Part shown: one piece after another, positions 1-12,726 of the stretch | How positions within the stretch are numbered: the stretch's first letter is position 1 | Layout: each line of letters begins with the position of its first letter | Assembly (NCBI GenBank): GCA_030704615.1 | Contig: CM060734.1 | Location: 28,086,001-28,150,000 of the forward strand | Length of the DNA stretch: 64,000 bases | Direction: 5' to 3' | DNA from: Takakia lepidozioides | Taxonomy: Eukaryota > Plantae > Bryophyta | The notes under the pieces: generated by a model | What the model saw: only the letters and a program-made list of their open reading frames with translations | What the model was told of the DNA's origin: nothing | Database searches by the model: none | Translations under genes and position numbers: made by a program

Positions 1-1620
1 CAGGCCACTCTGAGTTTCAACGAGGTCGATACTCTATTGCAGCGGGATACAACACATAGGTAGCATCAACTATGCCATGTGGTATATGGACGATCATGCT
101 ATAAAATGTGCAATTTGCAACATTGTCATGGAAATTCAATTCAAATCAATTCGTTTGCAACATCGTCGGCGGTGCAATGATACTCGTTTCCTCACCAAAG
201 ATGCCTTGAGAGCATGTCGAATTGTTGGTGCCAGTGCTATGAGTTGGGCAAATGTAATGTTTGCCTGAATGTGGCACAAGCCTTCCATTAGATTATATGA
301 CTCCAACTCGTCGGTGAAGCGCATGGTGGAATGCATTCTCCTTTTGGGAAGCTTCTCAGGTGCTACCGGTCGATGGGTCGGACTCTTTGCTCTAGATGTC
401 AAAGGTGGCCGGGAAATGGTTGGCCGGACTGCCGAAGATTCGGTCTCTGCAAATCTTCTCCTTGGGATGGATATCCTCTTCCTCCCTGAGTACAGTTTCC
501 GCCACCTTCCGTGCGTCTGACTTCATGACTTTAAAGTTCAGATCCTCCTGTTCCGATGCCACATACCCAGGGCCTTTCCCTAGTGTATCTCGTTGCTGTC
601 GGGTCATTACTGCATAGCTACCTTCCTCGGGGCTAGCTTGCGTAGTTTGAGTGGCGCCGAGCTCACTTGCAATCCAATTTACTTGGTGCTGCGTCTCCTA
701 TTGACGGGACGAATGACCTGGATGTACGTTGGTCTGCTGCTGGGGTGGCGCTGAAGTGGACGCCTCCCTGCACCCTTACATCCCGAGGGGGAGACCACGT
801 ATTAGAAGAACCTTGGGCTATCTGAGCCGCAGGATTTGAATAGGTCGCTCGGGAATTCTGTCCCGTAGCTGCATTGCCTCCAGAATATGATGGGCCTGCC
901 TGATCTGCCCTAGGCCGTTGCGCTATCTGCGTTGGAGTAGCAAAATACATGCTATGATGTTGTGGTAGATGGTTGGGTGGTTCAGTGGTATACTGATTCG
1001 GGAAGGGTGCTCGCTGCCCTTCCAAATTCCTCTCTGTTTGTTGAATGGTGGTTGGCGTAGGCTAGTCCACTTGTCTATGAGGACATTTGTCCAAGGGGTG
1101 ACCTCGTTGGCCGCAATGCAAACACACAATATCACTCCAACAATTTTCAGTTGGGTGAGTGGTTCTTCCGCATTTTTGACAACCTCTCCGGGATTGATTG
1201 AATTGCCTTTTTGGCCTATCTTGATAAGTTGGGTTCCGGCTTACCTGCCTCTCCCGAGTGGGATAAGGACAGTGTTGAGACGCATGTCCCGAGTTGTTGC
1301 AATTGGAACACCATACCTTGGTCAGGTTGGGGCCGGACTCTCCAACTGGAGCCGCATCTTGATACCCCACATAGCTGGTAATCTGCTGACCAATGGAGCT
1401 CATGCGGTCGCCCATTGTTTCAATGGTCTTGATGAGAGAAGTGACTTGTGCCTCTAGATGGCCCACTCGCAAATCGGACTGCCCGCTTGAATGTGCCTGT
1501 GAGTTGGTAGGAACAGCATTCGTGTATTGCGGCACCGTTGGCGCTACTACTGGTGTTGGGGACGTTGCTAGGGCATAGGGTCTCGCGGAGGGAAAGAGCC
1601 AGCTGGTAGTCCAACTCCAT
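1..1620 (-). mobile_element. Truncated, degenerate Ty3/Gypsy gag region (non-chromovirus type)
   Basis: ORF 1062..1535 has three CCHC zinc knuckles (CSNCNNSGHASQHC, CQKCGRTTHPTENC, CLHCGQRGHPLDKC). ORF 136..402 segment ANITFAQLIALAP resembles TQITIGQLLKFAP in the gag-PR linker at 41708..42628. Frameshifted, and cut off by the satellite. Confidence 0.75.
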
Positions 1621-4323
1621 CCCCCAGCATGGAAATTCGGCGCTGAATCTCCATCCTAGGGGGTTGGATGAAAAGTTCTCAGGGGGAGAGAAAGCCAGCT
1701 AGCGGCTCAACTCCATCCCCCAGCATGGAAATTCGGCGCCGAATTTCCATCCTAGGCGGTGGGATAAAAAGTTCTTGGGGGGGACAGAGCTAGCTGGCGG
1801 CTCAACTTCATCCCCCAAATATAAATTTGGCGCCGAATTTCCATACGGGCGGGTGGATGAAAGCTTGTCAAGGGGAGAGAAAGCCAGTAGGGAGCCCAAC
1901 TTCATTCCCTTGGATGGAAATTCGGCGCCTAATTTCCATCCTAGGTGGTTGGATGAAAAGTTAGCGGGGGGAGAGAGAGCCAACTTGCGGCTCAACTCCA
2001 TCCCCCAGCATGGAAATTCGGCACCGAATTTCCAACCTAGGGGTTGGATGAAAAGTTCTTAGGGGATAAAGAGCCAGCTGGCGGCTCAACTCTATCCCCC
2101 AGCATGGAAATTCGGCGCCGAATTTCCATCCGGGCGGGTGGATGAAAGCTTGTCGGGGGGAGAGAAAGCCAACAAGCAGCCCAACTTCATTCCCTCGGAT
2201 GGAAATTCGGCGCCGAATTTCCATCCTAGGGGTTGGATGAAAAGTTATGGGGGGAAAGAGAACTAGGTGGCAGCTCAACTTCATCCCCCAAATGTAAATT
2301 CGGCATAGAATTTCCATCCTAGGTGGTTGGATGAAAAGTTCTCTAGCGGAGAGAGAGCCAGCTGGCAGCTCAACTTCATCCCCCAGATGGAAATTCAGCG
2401 GGGAGGTGGATGAAAGCTTCCCGGGGGGAGAGAAAGCCAGTAGGCAACCCAACTTCATTCCCTCGGATGGAAATTCGGCAGGGAGGTGGATGAAAGCTTC
2501 CCGGGGGGAGAGAAAGCCAGTAGGCAGCCCAACTTCATTCCCTCGGATGGAAATTCGGCACCGAATTTCCATCCTAGGGGTTGGATGAAAAGTTCTCTAG
2601 CGGAGAGAGAACCAGCTGGCACCTCAACTTCATCCCCCGAATGGAAATCCGGTGCCGAATTTCCATCCGAGGGAATGAAGTTAGGCTGTCTGCTGGCTTT
2701 CTCTTCCCCCGGGAAGCTTTCATCCTAGGGGTTGGATGAAAGTTCTCTGGCGGAGAGAGAGTCAGCTGGAAGCTCAACTTCGTCCCCCGGATGGATATTT
2801 GGCGCCGAATTTTCATCCGGGGCGGTGGATGAAAGCTTCCCGGGGGAAGACAAAGCCAGCATGCAGCCCAACTTCATTCCCTTGGATGGAAACTCGGCAC
2901 CGAATTTCCTTCCTAGGGGGTTGGATGAAAAGTTCTCTAGCAGAGAGAGAGCTAGCTGGCAGCTCAACTTCATCCCCCGGATGGAAAATTTGGGGCAGTG
3001 GATGAAAGCTTCCCGGGGGGAGAGAAAGCCAGCAGACAACCCAACTTCATTCCCTCGGATGGAAATTCGGTGTCGAATTTCCATCCTAAGGGGTTGGATG
3101 AAAAGTTTTCTGGCGAAGAGAGAGTCAGCTGGCACCTCAACTTCATCCCCCGGATGGATATTCAGTGCCGAATTTCCATCCGGGCGGTGGATGAAAGCTT
3201 CCCGGCGGGAGAGAAAGCCAGCAGGCAGCCCAACTTCATTCCCTCGGATGGAAATTCGGCACCAAATTTCCTTCTTAGGGGGTTGGATGAAAAGTTCTCT
3301 TGCGGAGAGAGAGCCAACTGGCAGCTCAACTTCATCCCCCGGATCGAAATTCGGGGCCGAATTTCCATCTGGGGCGGTGGATGAAAGCTTCATGGGGGGA
3401 GAGAAAGCCAGCAGGCAACCCAACTTCATTCCCTCGGATGGAAATTCGGTGTCGAATTTCCATCCTAAGGGGTTGGATGAAAAGTTTTCTGGCGGAGAGA
3501 GAGTCAGCTGGCACCTCAACTTCATCCCCCGGATGGATATTCAGCGCCGAATTTCCATCCGGGCGGTGGATGAAAGCTTCCCGGCGGGAGAGAAAGCCAG
3601 CAGGCAGCCCAACTTCATTCCTTCGGATGGAAATTCGGCACCAAATTTCCTTCTTAGGGGGTTGGATGAAAAGTTCTCTGGCGGAGAGAGAGCCAGCTGG
3701 CAGCTCAACTTCATCCCCCGGATGGACATTCGGCGCCGAATTTCCATCCGGGGCGGTGGATGAAAGCTTCCTGGGGGGGAGAGAAAGCCAGCAGGCAACC
3801 CAACTTCATTCCCTCGGATGGAAATTCGGTGTCGAATTTCCATCCTAAGGGGTTGGATGAAAAGTTTTCTGGCGGAGAGAGAGTCAGTTGGCAGCTCAAC
3901 TTCATCCCCCGGATGGAAATTCGGTGCTCAATTGCCATCCGGGGCGGTGGGTGAAAGCTTATCGGGGGGGAGAGAAAGCTAGCAGAGAGCCCAACTTCAT
4001 TCCCTTGGATGGAAATTCGGCACCGAATTTCCATCCTAGGGGTTGGATGAAAGCTTCTCGAGGGGAGAGAAAACCAGCAGGCAGCCCAACTTCATTAAAT
4101 TCGGCACCGAATTTCCATCCGGGGGGTGGATGAAAGCTTATCGGGGGGAGAGAAAGCCAGCAGGCAGCCCAATTTCATTCCTCCGGATGGAAATTGGGCA
4201 CCGAATTCGGGATGGAGTTGGGCTGCCAACTGGCTTTCTCTCCCCCCAAGAAGCTTTCATCCAACCCCCAGGATGGAAATTTGGCACCGCATTTCCAATC
4301 CTGGGGGGTTGGGTGAGAAGTTC
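1600..4323. repeat. Tandem satellite, ~95-bp monomer with ~190 and ~380-bp higher-order period; each monomer carries the palindrome GGATGGAAATTCGGCGCCGAATTTCCATCC
   Basis: The motif aacttcat recurs every ~93-96 bp from 2776 to 4088. The variant ggaaattcggtgtcgaatttccatcctaagg recurs at ~3060, 3440 and 3820. The array resumes briefly at 7965-8015 after the LTR insertion. Confidence 0.95.
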
Positions 4324-4986
4324 TGTAGAATAATAGAAAATTCTTTGTGTACTAGCATTTAGAATTGGAGTGCAAATGAACAAGAATTGGATGTGAAATT
4401 GCACTATGGGGTTCGATAATTTGATAGAATTGGATAGGATGCTAGAACGGAAGTAAATTCAGATAATGGGGATGATAATTGGTAGGAATGGGGTTATTAG
4501 GATAGATGTTAGCCCATTGAATCGGTGCTAGGTAGTTATGGTAGTTAGAGTAGGACACTATGAGTTCTGCTGAATCGATGTATTCATGGTCATTCGAGCG
4601 AGAGTGCCGAGGCCCTAGCACATGAGATGCTAGTTTGTCGTTTTCAGTAGCTTAAGTAAGAGATAAGAAGAATATGAGTAGTGTGGTGAGACAAAGATCT
4701 AATGAAAGACTCTGTAAGCTTCATGTTAATGTGATGAGATGTCAGAGTTTAATGGGAAGAATTTTGTGTGAAAGAAAAAGATGAGGATTATTTGATGAAA
4801 TGTGCAGATCAATACGAGAAGAATTTAATTGAGATGAATATTAAGACATTTATTGTTGGGAGACAATTAGAAGTAGATATAGTGTTCTAATCACGACATA
4901 GCAATTCAATTGTGTGCTTTCCCTGCGAACGAACCTTGAAACTGATTGATCCTCATTTTAGGATTGATTCTAGTTTTTATTCTACA
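4324..4986 (+). repeat. 5' LTR
   Basis: TG...CA ends; direct repeat of 7302-7964; followed by the PBS. Confidence 0.95.
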
Positions 4987-5392
4987 TCTTTTTTGGCGCC
5001 GCTGCCGGGGAAAGGCCAATCGAATGGGCTATTTTAAAACATTATATTATTGGTAAAAAAAACGTTGGATCAAAAGAGAAACTGAATTATGAAGCTTGTG
5101 AGGTTAGGCTTTAAAATAAAAGTTTGTCGGGGATTTTGTGTTTTTAGACTTTTGTTTTTCTTTGGTTTCAATTTTTCAATTTTCTTGGATGTGAAACAAT
5201 TACATACCAATTCGAGATGGAGCAATTTGTTCCTACAACCCCTAGAGAAGCATATCTTTATAATTATTATGTGAACTTTCAGAGTGTGATTCAACAATTT
5301 CAAAAAAAAATTGTGGTCTTCATAGTGAAGTTAGTAGGTTGCGAGAGGAAAACTTAAATCTTCTTTCACGGTCTGTAGAGGCAAATTCCTAG

Positions 5393-6205
5393 ATGACACT
5401 TATTGAGATAGATCTTGCACTTCGAATTGGTTATTTAGGCATTGAAATTTTGAATTTGGAGGCCAAACTCAAAGAGTTGGAGGGAAGGAATCATGATTTG
5501 ACTGTTCAATTGAATTTGGCTCAAACGACAAATTTGGAAGAGATCCGGGCAAAAGATTTTGAGGCCGAAGCTTTGCTGCAAAGAAATGAGGAGCATTTTC
5601 AAAGTGAGATTTCGACCTTGAAGGCAAAGTTAGATACAATGTCAATCAAGAAGGAGAAATCATTACTGGATAATGAAAATTTGCAAGAAGAAAATCAACT
5701 CTTATACATGAAGGTGCAATTTCTTGATAATCAAGTTGTCACTCTCTTATCTGAGAAAGTAAGTTTTGAGCAAGATAATGCAATGACTATTCAACAATGT
5801 AAAGAAATTGCTTTGGAGGTCGTGCAAATAAGGGACCAAATCACTCAATTGAGGACTTTGCAAGTTAACACAATTTTTGAGGCAAAGCTAAATTCTTGCA
5901 ATTATCAAAAATCGCAAATTTCTTTGGAGGAGATCAATTTGGACGTGTGTTCAAATTTTGATACATTGAAGGCCATCGAGGAAAACTCAAGTTGGAATGG
6001 TGATTGTGACATGCTTCAATTGTGCTTACAAACAACAATGCAAGTGTATTACCATGGAGGTGATGATATTTTCATTTCTTTTGAAATTGATACAATTGTG
6101 AAAGTCATGACCACAAAGAAGACCAAGAAAATGGTTAATAATTATTCCATGATTGAAGAACAATTGGACTTTTGGATGGATATAAGGCCAATATTCCCAA
6201 AGTGA
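5393..6205 (+). CDS. Coiled-coil protein of unknown function inside the non-autonomous LTR element (probably part of a longer decayed ORF, ~5217-6857)
   Basis: 270-aa ORF rich in E/K/L/Q heptads. The frame continues upstream past a stop. Downstream ORF 6363..6857 ends RIWDPG. Confidence 0.5.
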   Translation: MTLIEIDLALRIGYLGIEILNLEAKLKELEGRNHDLTVQLNLAQTTNLEEIRAKDFEAEALLQRNEEHFQSEISTLKAKLDTMSIKKEKSLLDNENLQEENQLLYMKVQFLDNQVVTLLSEKVSFEQDNAMTIQQCKEIALEVVQIRDQITQLRTLQVNTIFEAKLNSCNYQKSQISLEEINLDVCSNFDTLKAIEENSSWNGDCDMLQLCLQTTMQVYYHGGDDIFISFEIDTIVKVMTTKKTKKMVNNYSMIEEQLDFWMDIRPIFPK

Positions 6206-7301
6206 TGATAGTGAATAATTTACAACCAATTGATCTATCTAAGAGCATCATTGATTGTGATGGACTATGTGTTATAAATCAGCCAAAAAAGTTGGAAGCT
6301 GATTTTTTCCAACAGACTTTCATTATGAGACTTTTTCCAAGAGTTTCTAATTTTTTTTACAGATGGTATTTCAATTTGGGAAATTGAGAACTAAGATAAT
6401 TTGGACAATTATAAAGTTTCAATGGGAAATCAAGATTTTGGTGGACTATCCGAGTCTATTGGATGCACAATTGGTGAAGCAACCCGATCCATCGATTGGA
6501 CAATTGAAGAAAGAACTTAGCTGGTTTCATGTATGCGGTACATTTCAAATTTTGAATAATGATCAACAAAAGGTTCACAGTTTTGGATTAGCTGTGATGA
6601 TACAATCAACAAATGGTGATGCGATCTTCTCTGAAAACAATTGGATTCCTAGTCTACAAGATCATGAAATTGCCTCGGAGTTCATCTCAACATTTAAGAA
6701 GGAGCTTGGTGCTAAACATTCATTCGATACTATATCGCTAATTCCTTTAGGAGATAATCCAATTAAAAAACTTTTAAAATATCTTCGTATAAGACATTTT
6801 ATAAATTGGCAACGATGGAGCTCAAGAATTTGGGATCCTGGAAGGAAGTGTTTTTGAGTGTAATGACTTCAAGTCGTGCTTAATATATAAGCATAGGACA
6901 ATATATCCCACAATACATCCGTAGAAAGTGATTTGTTTGCGAGGACGCACATAGATAAGTGTGGGAGTATGTCATGTATTCATGTATGTAATGGTGAAGA
7001 AGCTTGAGGGGATGTAGTGCATAAGAAAAATAGAGTGATTCTATAGGAGGATATAGTTTGAAATAGGAGTGAAGCTCTTTATTAGTTTCTTCTGAAGTTA
7101 TTATCAGCAAAAAAAAAATTTAATCTTAAAGAAAATGGTGGAGACATTATGATGAAGGAAGAAGACATGTTCATGGCTGAGAAACTTGTGATTGTCAAGA
7201 CGATGAAGTGGAGGAACCACCTGCCAAGAAGATTATGACTTAGTTTTTTTTTCTTAAGAGAGAGTGTTTGCGGGGGCGCTGCACAACTAGGAGTAGGGTT
7301 A

Positions 7302-7964
7302 TGTAGAATAATAGAAAATTCTTTGTGTAGTAGCATTTAGAATTGGAGTGCAAATGAACAAGAATTGGATGTGAAATTGCACTATGGGGTTCGATAATTT
7401 GATAGAATTGGGTAGGATGCTAGAACGGAAGTAAATTCAGATAATGGGGATGATAATTGGTAGGAATGGAGTTATTAGGATAGATGTTAGCCCATTGAAT
7501 CAGTGCTAGGTAGTTATGGTAGTTAGAGTAGGACACTATGAGTTCTGCTGAATCGATGTATTCATGGTCATTCGAGCGAGAGTGCCGAGGCCCTAGCACA
7601 TGAGATGCTAGTTTGTCGTTTTCAGTAGCTTAAGTAAGAGATAAGAAGAATATGAGTAGTGTGGTGAGACAAAGATCTGATGAAAGACTCTGTAAGCTTC
7701 ATGTTAATGTGATGAGATGTCGGAGTTTAATGGGAAGAATTTTGTGTGAAAGAAAAAGATGAGGATTATTTGATGAAGTGTGCAGATCAATACGAGAGGA
7801 ATTTAATTGAGATGAATATTAAGACATTTATTGTTGGGAGACAATTAGAAGTAGATATAGTGTTCTAATCACGACATAACAATTCAATTGTGTGCTTTCC
7901 CTGCGAACGAACCTCGAAACTGATTGATCCTCCTTTTAGGATTGATTCTAGTTTTTATTCTACA
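7302..7964 (+). repeat. 3' LTR
   Basis: Direct repeat of 4324-4986, followed by TSD AGTTC. Confidence 0.95.
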
Positions 7965-8269
7965 AGTTCCCGGGGGGAGAGAGAGCCAGTTGGCACCGAA
8001 TTTCCATCCCATGGGGTTATTTTTTCCCGCCAAATTGAGTTTGAACCCACATGGTTTGCATGGATTTCAAGGTAGCTTAACGGATATGCTTGCAGCCCTC
8101 GATGTGATGGGTGGATGAAGTTCCATGCGTGGCCACCTAGCATGCATTATCCGCTCGCACTGGAGATTTTCCTGTTACTCAAACTTATGTCGCGTCGAGA
8201 AGGGCGAGGCTCTGCTGTGGGAAACCAGAGTTCTAGGAAGCGGCGAAAACTGCGACCATAAGAATTCGT

Positions 8270-11175
8270 AAGATGGGTAATGCGTTTTTCAATGCTCAAC
8301 AGATGTTAGCTCAATTAGCAGCATGCATAATGTTGTCAATACCCCTTTATCATGCATATCGAACTTTTAGATTCATAAATACATCCCCATCACAAGAACG
8401 TGCATTTGTGTTAAAAGCTGATTAAATACTACAAAAACTTCCACCTAATTCTACTGATATTAAATGTGCATCTCCTATTGATAAATATATTGATCGTCCA
8501 AATACAATGCAGAACATAGCTTTGGCAAAATTTATTGCCGACTACAATTTAAAAAACAAAATGACTCGTCACAAAAAATCACATATCATTCGATATGTCC
8601 ACTATAATGAGCATGAATTTTTTTGTCGAGAACAATTACTACTATTTCATCCGTTTCAAAACACTGAAGAATCACAAAAACATAACATGCAACTTGGCAT
8701 GATGCATATCTTGCTCATAAATCATCTATATTACTTATTCGGAAGAAATTTGGATTTACTTTTATGGAAGATAACCTAACGGATTGGACAGATTTAGAAT
8801 CAAAGGCTCATGAATTAGCAAAACATAATAACAACGATATATGGATGGACACATTTGCAGATGTTGACGATAGTGGTCCAATTCATCCATTCACAAATTT
8901 TGCACAAATTGAACCATATGATATAAATGTAGAATTCCATTGCAAACCGCAAACAATGATTCGACAATACCCGAGGCTAATACATTAGACAACAATATTC
9001 CAAATTGTGAGTTCTATGGACAATTAAGTAAACTCAATCAAGAACAACGTGCTATTTTTGATGATTGTATGCACAGAAAACATATATCCCATGAAGTACC
9101 AATACATTTATTTTTGACAGGAGGAGCATGAACTGGGAAGACATTCACTTTATTGCTACTTATCCAAGGTTTACTTAGAATATATAATAGACATCCGAAA
9201 GCTGATCCATTGAAACGAAAATCAATTTTAATGGCATATATAGGAAAAGCCGCATTCAATATAGATGGAACAACAATGCACTCAAGACTTAGTATTCCGC
9301 TAAATTGTAAAGAGTTACCATTTCTTGGATCAGAACGATTAGATACATTGGTAAAATCGTTTGACCAACTTCAACTCATGGTTTTGGATGAAGTATCTCT
9401 CATTGGCAACATAATGCTTACGTTTGCGGACATGAAATTAAGGTCAATCAAACGCATACACTATCATTTTTCCGGAAACCTAGATGTCATAATTACAGAG
9501 ATTTTTATCAAGCACCACCTGTGAGAGATTCTTGGGTTTTTAAGAAAATAAATGAAGGACCAGCTTCATTAGCTCAAAAAATTTGGCATGATTTTATTAC
9601 ATGTTATGAGCTAAACCAAGTTATGCGTCAATCAGATACCCAGTTCATAGATATATTGAATCGGTTAAGAACAGCCACACAAACGCAAGATGATATACAT
9701 ATTATTAACAATCAGTGTTGTCGTCCACCACCTAACGATCCTAGATTTCCACATTTGTATTATACGAACAAAGAAATGTTAAGCCACAATGAAAGAATAT
9801 TCATACAAACAATCGGACAAATCTATATATTTCAAGTTGCTCGATAATGCCAATGCCACAGCAGGTTTGCATACAACGATTCATGTTAAGAAAGATACGT
9901 TAATAGAATTGTGCGTAGGAAATTATGCTACACATGATGGACTTGTAAACGGAGCCGATGGAATTTTTAAACATTTCTTTGTTTTGTCAAATTCAACTAT
10001 TTTAATATGGATCCAATTTACTAATCCGAAATCGGGAATTGCTACGCGTGCAAAAAATAAATATTTATATAATCAAGAGAATATGAAAAACATACCAAAT
10101 TGTTCGTTGTGGACGCCAATCCAACCAGTTTCAAAAGAAACACAAATAGGATCTAATACGAAACATATCATTACCAGAACCCAATTTCCAATTCAATTGG
10201 CTTCCGCTCGAACTATCCATCGTTCCCAAGGATTAACTTTGGATTATTTGGCGTTCGATCCTAAGGGTGTAAACAAACATGGTCTAACATACACGACATT
10301 TTCTCGCATTCGACAAAAAGAAAATTTATATCTTATCTCACCTTTGCAATCAAACAATTTGCATGTTGATAATGGCATTGCCGACGAAATGCAACGGCTT
10401 CGCACTTCTGCTCGTTGGAAGCTATTAATTCCCATTCTCAAATCTTATAGAGAATCACATGTCCTTGTGCAATCTTTGAACACTAGATCATTGTCGTTAC
10501 ATAAAGAGGATGTTTGTTCCGACTTTAATATACAACAATCTCATATAATGTGCTTTAATGAAACTCACTTCAATCCAACAAATTCAAACATTGAATTGTT
10601 CCTTAATACTACAATGTACTCTTATCTAGCGGTTCATGCAAGTCATGGAACAATTGTATCATACGACCATACTATGTCATTAGCATCAAATCAAATACTA
10701 TCAAATGAAGGTGCTTAATACATAGCTGCAACATTTAATTTGAATACGAGGAAAGCAATTCATATAGTTGCGGTCTAAAAACCTCCAACACTACAATTAA
10801 CTATTTTCTTGTCTTCTCTCGAAAAGCTCATTGATAATATCCCACATACCTGTCCAACAATAATAATTGGAGATTTTAATGTAGATATTTTACAAAATAA
10901 TACCGTAGCAACACATCAATTGCAAAAATGTATGTCTTCTTTCCACATGCAACTACAATTCTCAATTAGTTGGCAATAGCCCTTGTGGTGAAGTGACACC
11001 ATAAGTTACGCTCCCTTCGGGAGGTGTCATATATTTTTTTCTCAATTAGTACTACTATCTATGGATCTCAACTAGACCATGTTTGGACAAATGCACCTCA
11101 CCAACATTGCATATCTGGCATTACAGAAGCATATTGGACGGACCATAAACATGTATTTATTGCTTTTAAATTACC
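8270..11175 (+). mobile_element. Decayed Helitron-type (Helentron-like) fragment: PIF1 helicase plus C-terminal AP-like (EEP) endonuclease
   Basis: Helicase motifs: Walker A LFLTGGA*TGKT (~9110), Walker B LDEVS, ELNQVMRQ, QFPIQLASARTIHRSQGLTL. Endonuclease motifs: LNTRSL, CFNETH, IIGDFNVD (~10865), SQLDHVW, YWTDHK. Many stops and frameshifts; Rep nuclease motifs not seen. Confidence 0.88.
10971..11038 (+). mobile_element. 5'-truncated SINE copy inserted in the endonuclease domain
   Basis: Flanked by TSD TTCTCAATTAGT (10959-10970 and 11039-11050). Ends in a T-run. Matches the reverse complement of ~26200-26268. Confidence 0.8.
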
Positions 11176-11389
11176 AATTAATTATGCGACGAGCCGCTTG
11201 TTTTCTTGCATTTCTTTATTACGAAAATGTCTAAATGGGCTTAAATGCGATTTAACTTATGAACTTAAAAGAACTTATTGAACTTATTGGACTTATTAAT
11301 CTAAGCCACCTAGGGTGACATTCTTGGACCCTTTTTACCTATTGGATTGTGATAGGTGTTGTGGCCCCCCTCTTGTGCTAAAACAAATT

Positions 11390-11600
11390 ACTTGGGCACC
11401 GAGGCAGGGAAGGATTGGCCTTTCCAGCGGAGTGACTTGAACTCAAGCACCCGGAGAAGGAGGAGCATTGGGAGAGGATGATTACTATTCTCCTCCCTAG
11501 GCTCGGTAGATGCCTTGTGAAGGGATTGAAATGCATCCCGGCTATAGGCGGCTCGGAGGCTTAGGTAGTAGGACTTAGCTAATAAAAGACTTGGAATGCA
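11390..11600. repeat. Outer block of the left arm of a diverged inverted repeat (partner ~26455-26640)
   Basis: Reverse complement ccaagtctttt...gtcctacta.cctaa...ccgagccgc.tatagccg...tcccttcacaa.gca.ctaccg aligns with 26459-26545 and beyond. Confidence 0.75.
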
Positions 11601-12189
11601 GTTACTGAACCGACAAAGTAGTAGTTCCAAGAGATCACTTGGGGTACTTTAGAAAACAGTTTGTAGTCTAAAAAGAGCCCAACAATGTGATGCTTGGTAG
11701 TCTATAAATAACCACAATGTCTGTTTTACGAGACATAAGACACAAGCAGGATTCATAAAATAAAAACAAGGCCGAGTCTTTTGAAGCAGATACAAGTCTG
11801 GAGTGGTATTCCAGGGTCTTAAGAACAACTCTGCCAGGGTAGAAAGGTAATTCAAAAACCCCTGTTTGCAGTCCATCATATGAAATCAAAGTGAAATGAA
11901 GGTCTTGCAGAATGTGTGTTGTCTAGTAAGGCACAACAGTCCGTCTTAATAACCAGCCAAGAGGTTTCATTGTAGAGCCGAATTTCAGTGCAGCCAAGGT
12001 ACCGACCGCTACATTATACCCGCATTGAAACATGAAAAAAACAGTAGATAAATCGGTAGATTTGTATTCCATGAGTTCTCGTGTCTGCCCTGCCTCCTGC
12101 CATGTAGATATGGTTGCAAGAAACCACAAACAAGGTAAGGAGCAGAAGTAGATCCTCATTGGAGCCAAGTTGAAGCAGGTCTGCATCCG

Positions 12190-12445
12190 TATGCTGGCAG
12201 TTTTGAAGCGGCAAGAGGCTCAGCAGCACCCACATTTGCAAGAATAGGAACTGCACTCCGTGGATGCATTTTACGATCGTCGGTCGATGGTTCGAACGGA
12301 CTTGCATTATGCGGGGGCTTTGCTCAATCCATTTTTGCTCGACAATATCATGCTCCGAGACGACGCTGATGCCAAGGCCGGCCTCGTACGAGTGCTCATG
12401 TGACTGGCTTCTTTGGACATGGCAGAGAGAGCTATATCCGATAGG
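12190..12445 (+). pseudogene. hAT-family transposase fragment
   Basis: Translates to VDAFYDRRSMVRTDLHYAGALLNPFLLD...AKAGLVRVL, a typical hAT 'LH.A...LNP' segment, with in-frame stops. Confidence 0.6.
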
Positions 12446-12469
12446 AATTAGTTAACGATTGTTACCTAT

Positions 12470-12632
12470 CTAGGCCACGGACCCCTACACTAACCACAGT
12501 CGGGTAGGCGGTTCAGTGAGCCCGACCTACACTGCGACTTACCACGGCCCCTTAGCTAATATGTCGTCACCCTGATCGCGCGCGCTCAGGGCTCGTCATA
12601 TAAACAGTGCGTCTGCCGGGAGATAAGTAAGT
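12470..12632 (+). repeat. Inner block of the left inverted-repeat arm, with a TATA-like box (partner ~25888-26130)
   Basis: cactaaccacagtcgggt...gtcaccctga.cgcgcg...cagggctcgtcatataaa..gtgcgtctgccgggag.taagtaa is the reverse complement of 25889-26120. Confidence 0.8.
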
Positions 12633-12726
12633 TTTGTCCATTTTTGTTAGATAAGATGTACAATAACTGGCTGCAGCATATGGATCGAGTATAAATTGTG
12701 TGTCAGTATTGGCTTGCCAAAGATTG

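Larger units (their letters stand above)
4324..7964 (+). mobile_element. Non-autonomous LTR retrotransposon with an Athila-like PBS and no recognisable gag-pol
   Basis: 663-bp LTRs at 4324-4986 and 7302-7964 (TGTAGA...TCTACA, about 10 mismatches). 5-bp TSD AGTTC. PBS TGGCGCCGCTGCCGGGGA at ~4994. Purine-rich tract before the 3' LTR. Confidence 0.95.

Noticed and set aside
1600-4323. CRISPR array (regularly spaced ~30-bp palindromes)
   Set aside because: The intervening sequences are themselves repeated rather than unique spacers, there are no cas genes, and the context is eukaryotic.
1699-4404. Numerous ORFs up to 343 aa over the satellite
   Set aside because: They are translations of tandem repeats on both strands with no domain signal.
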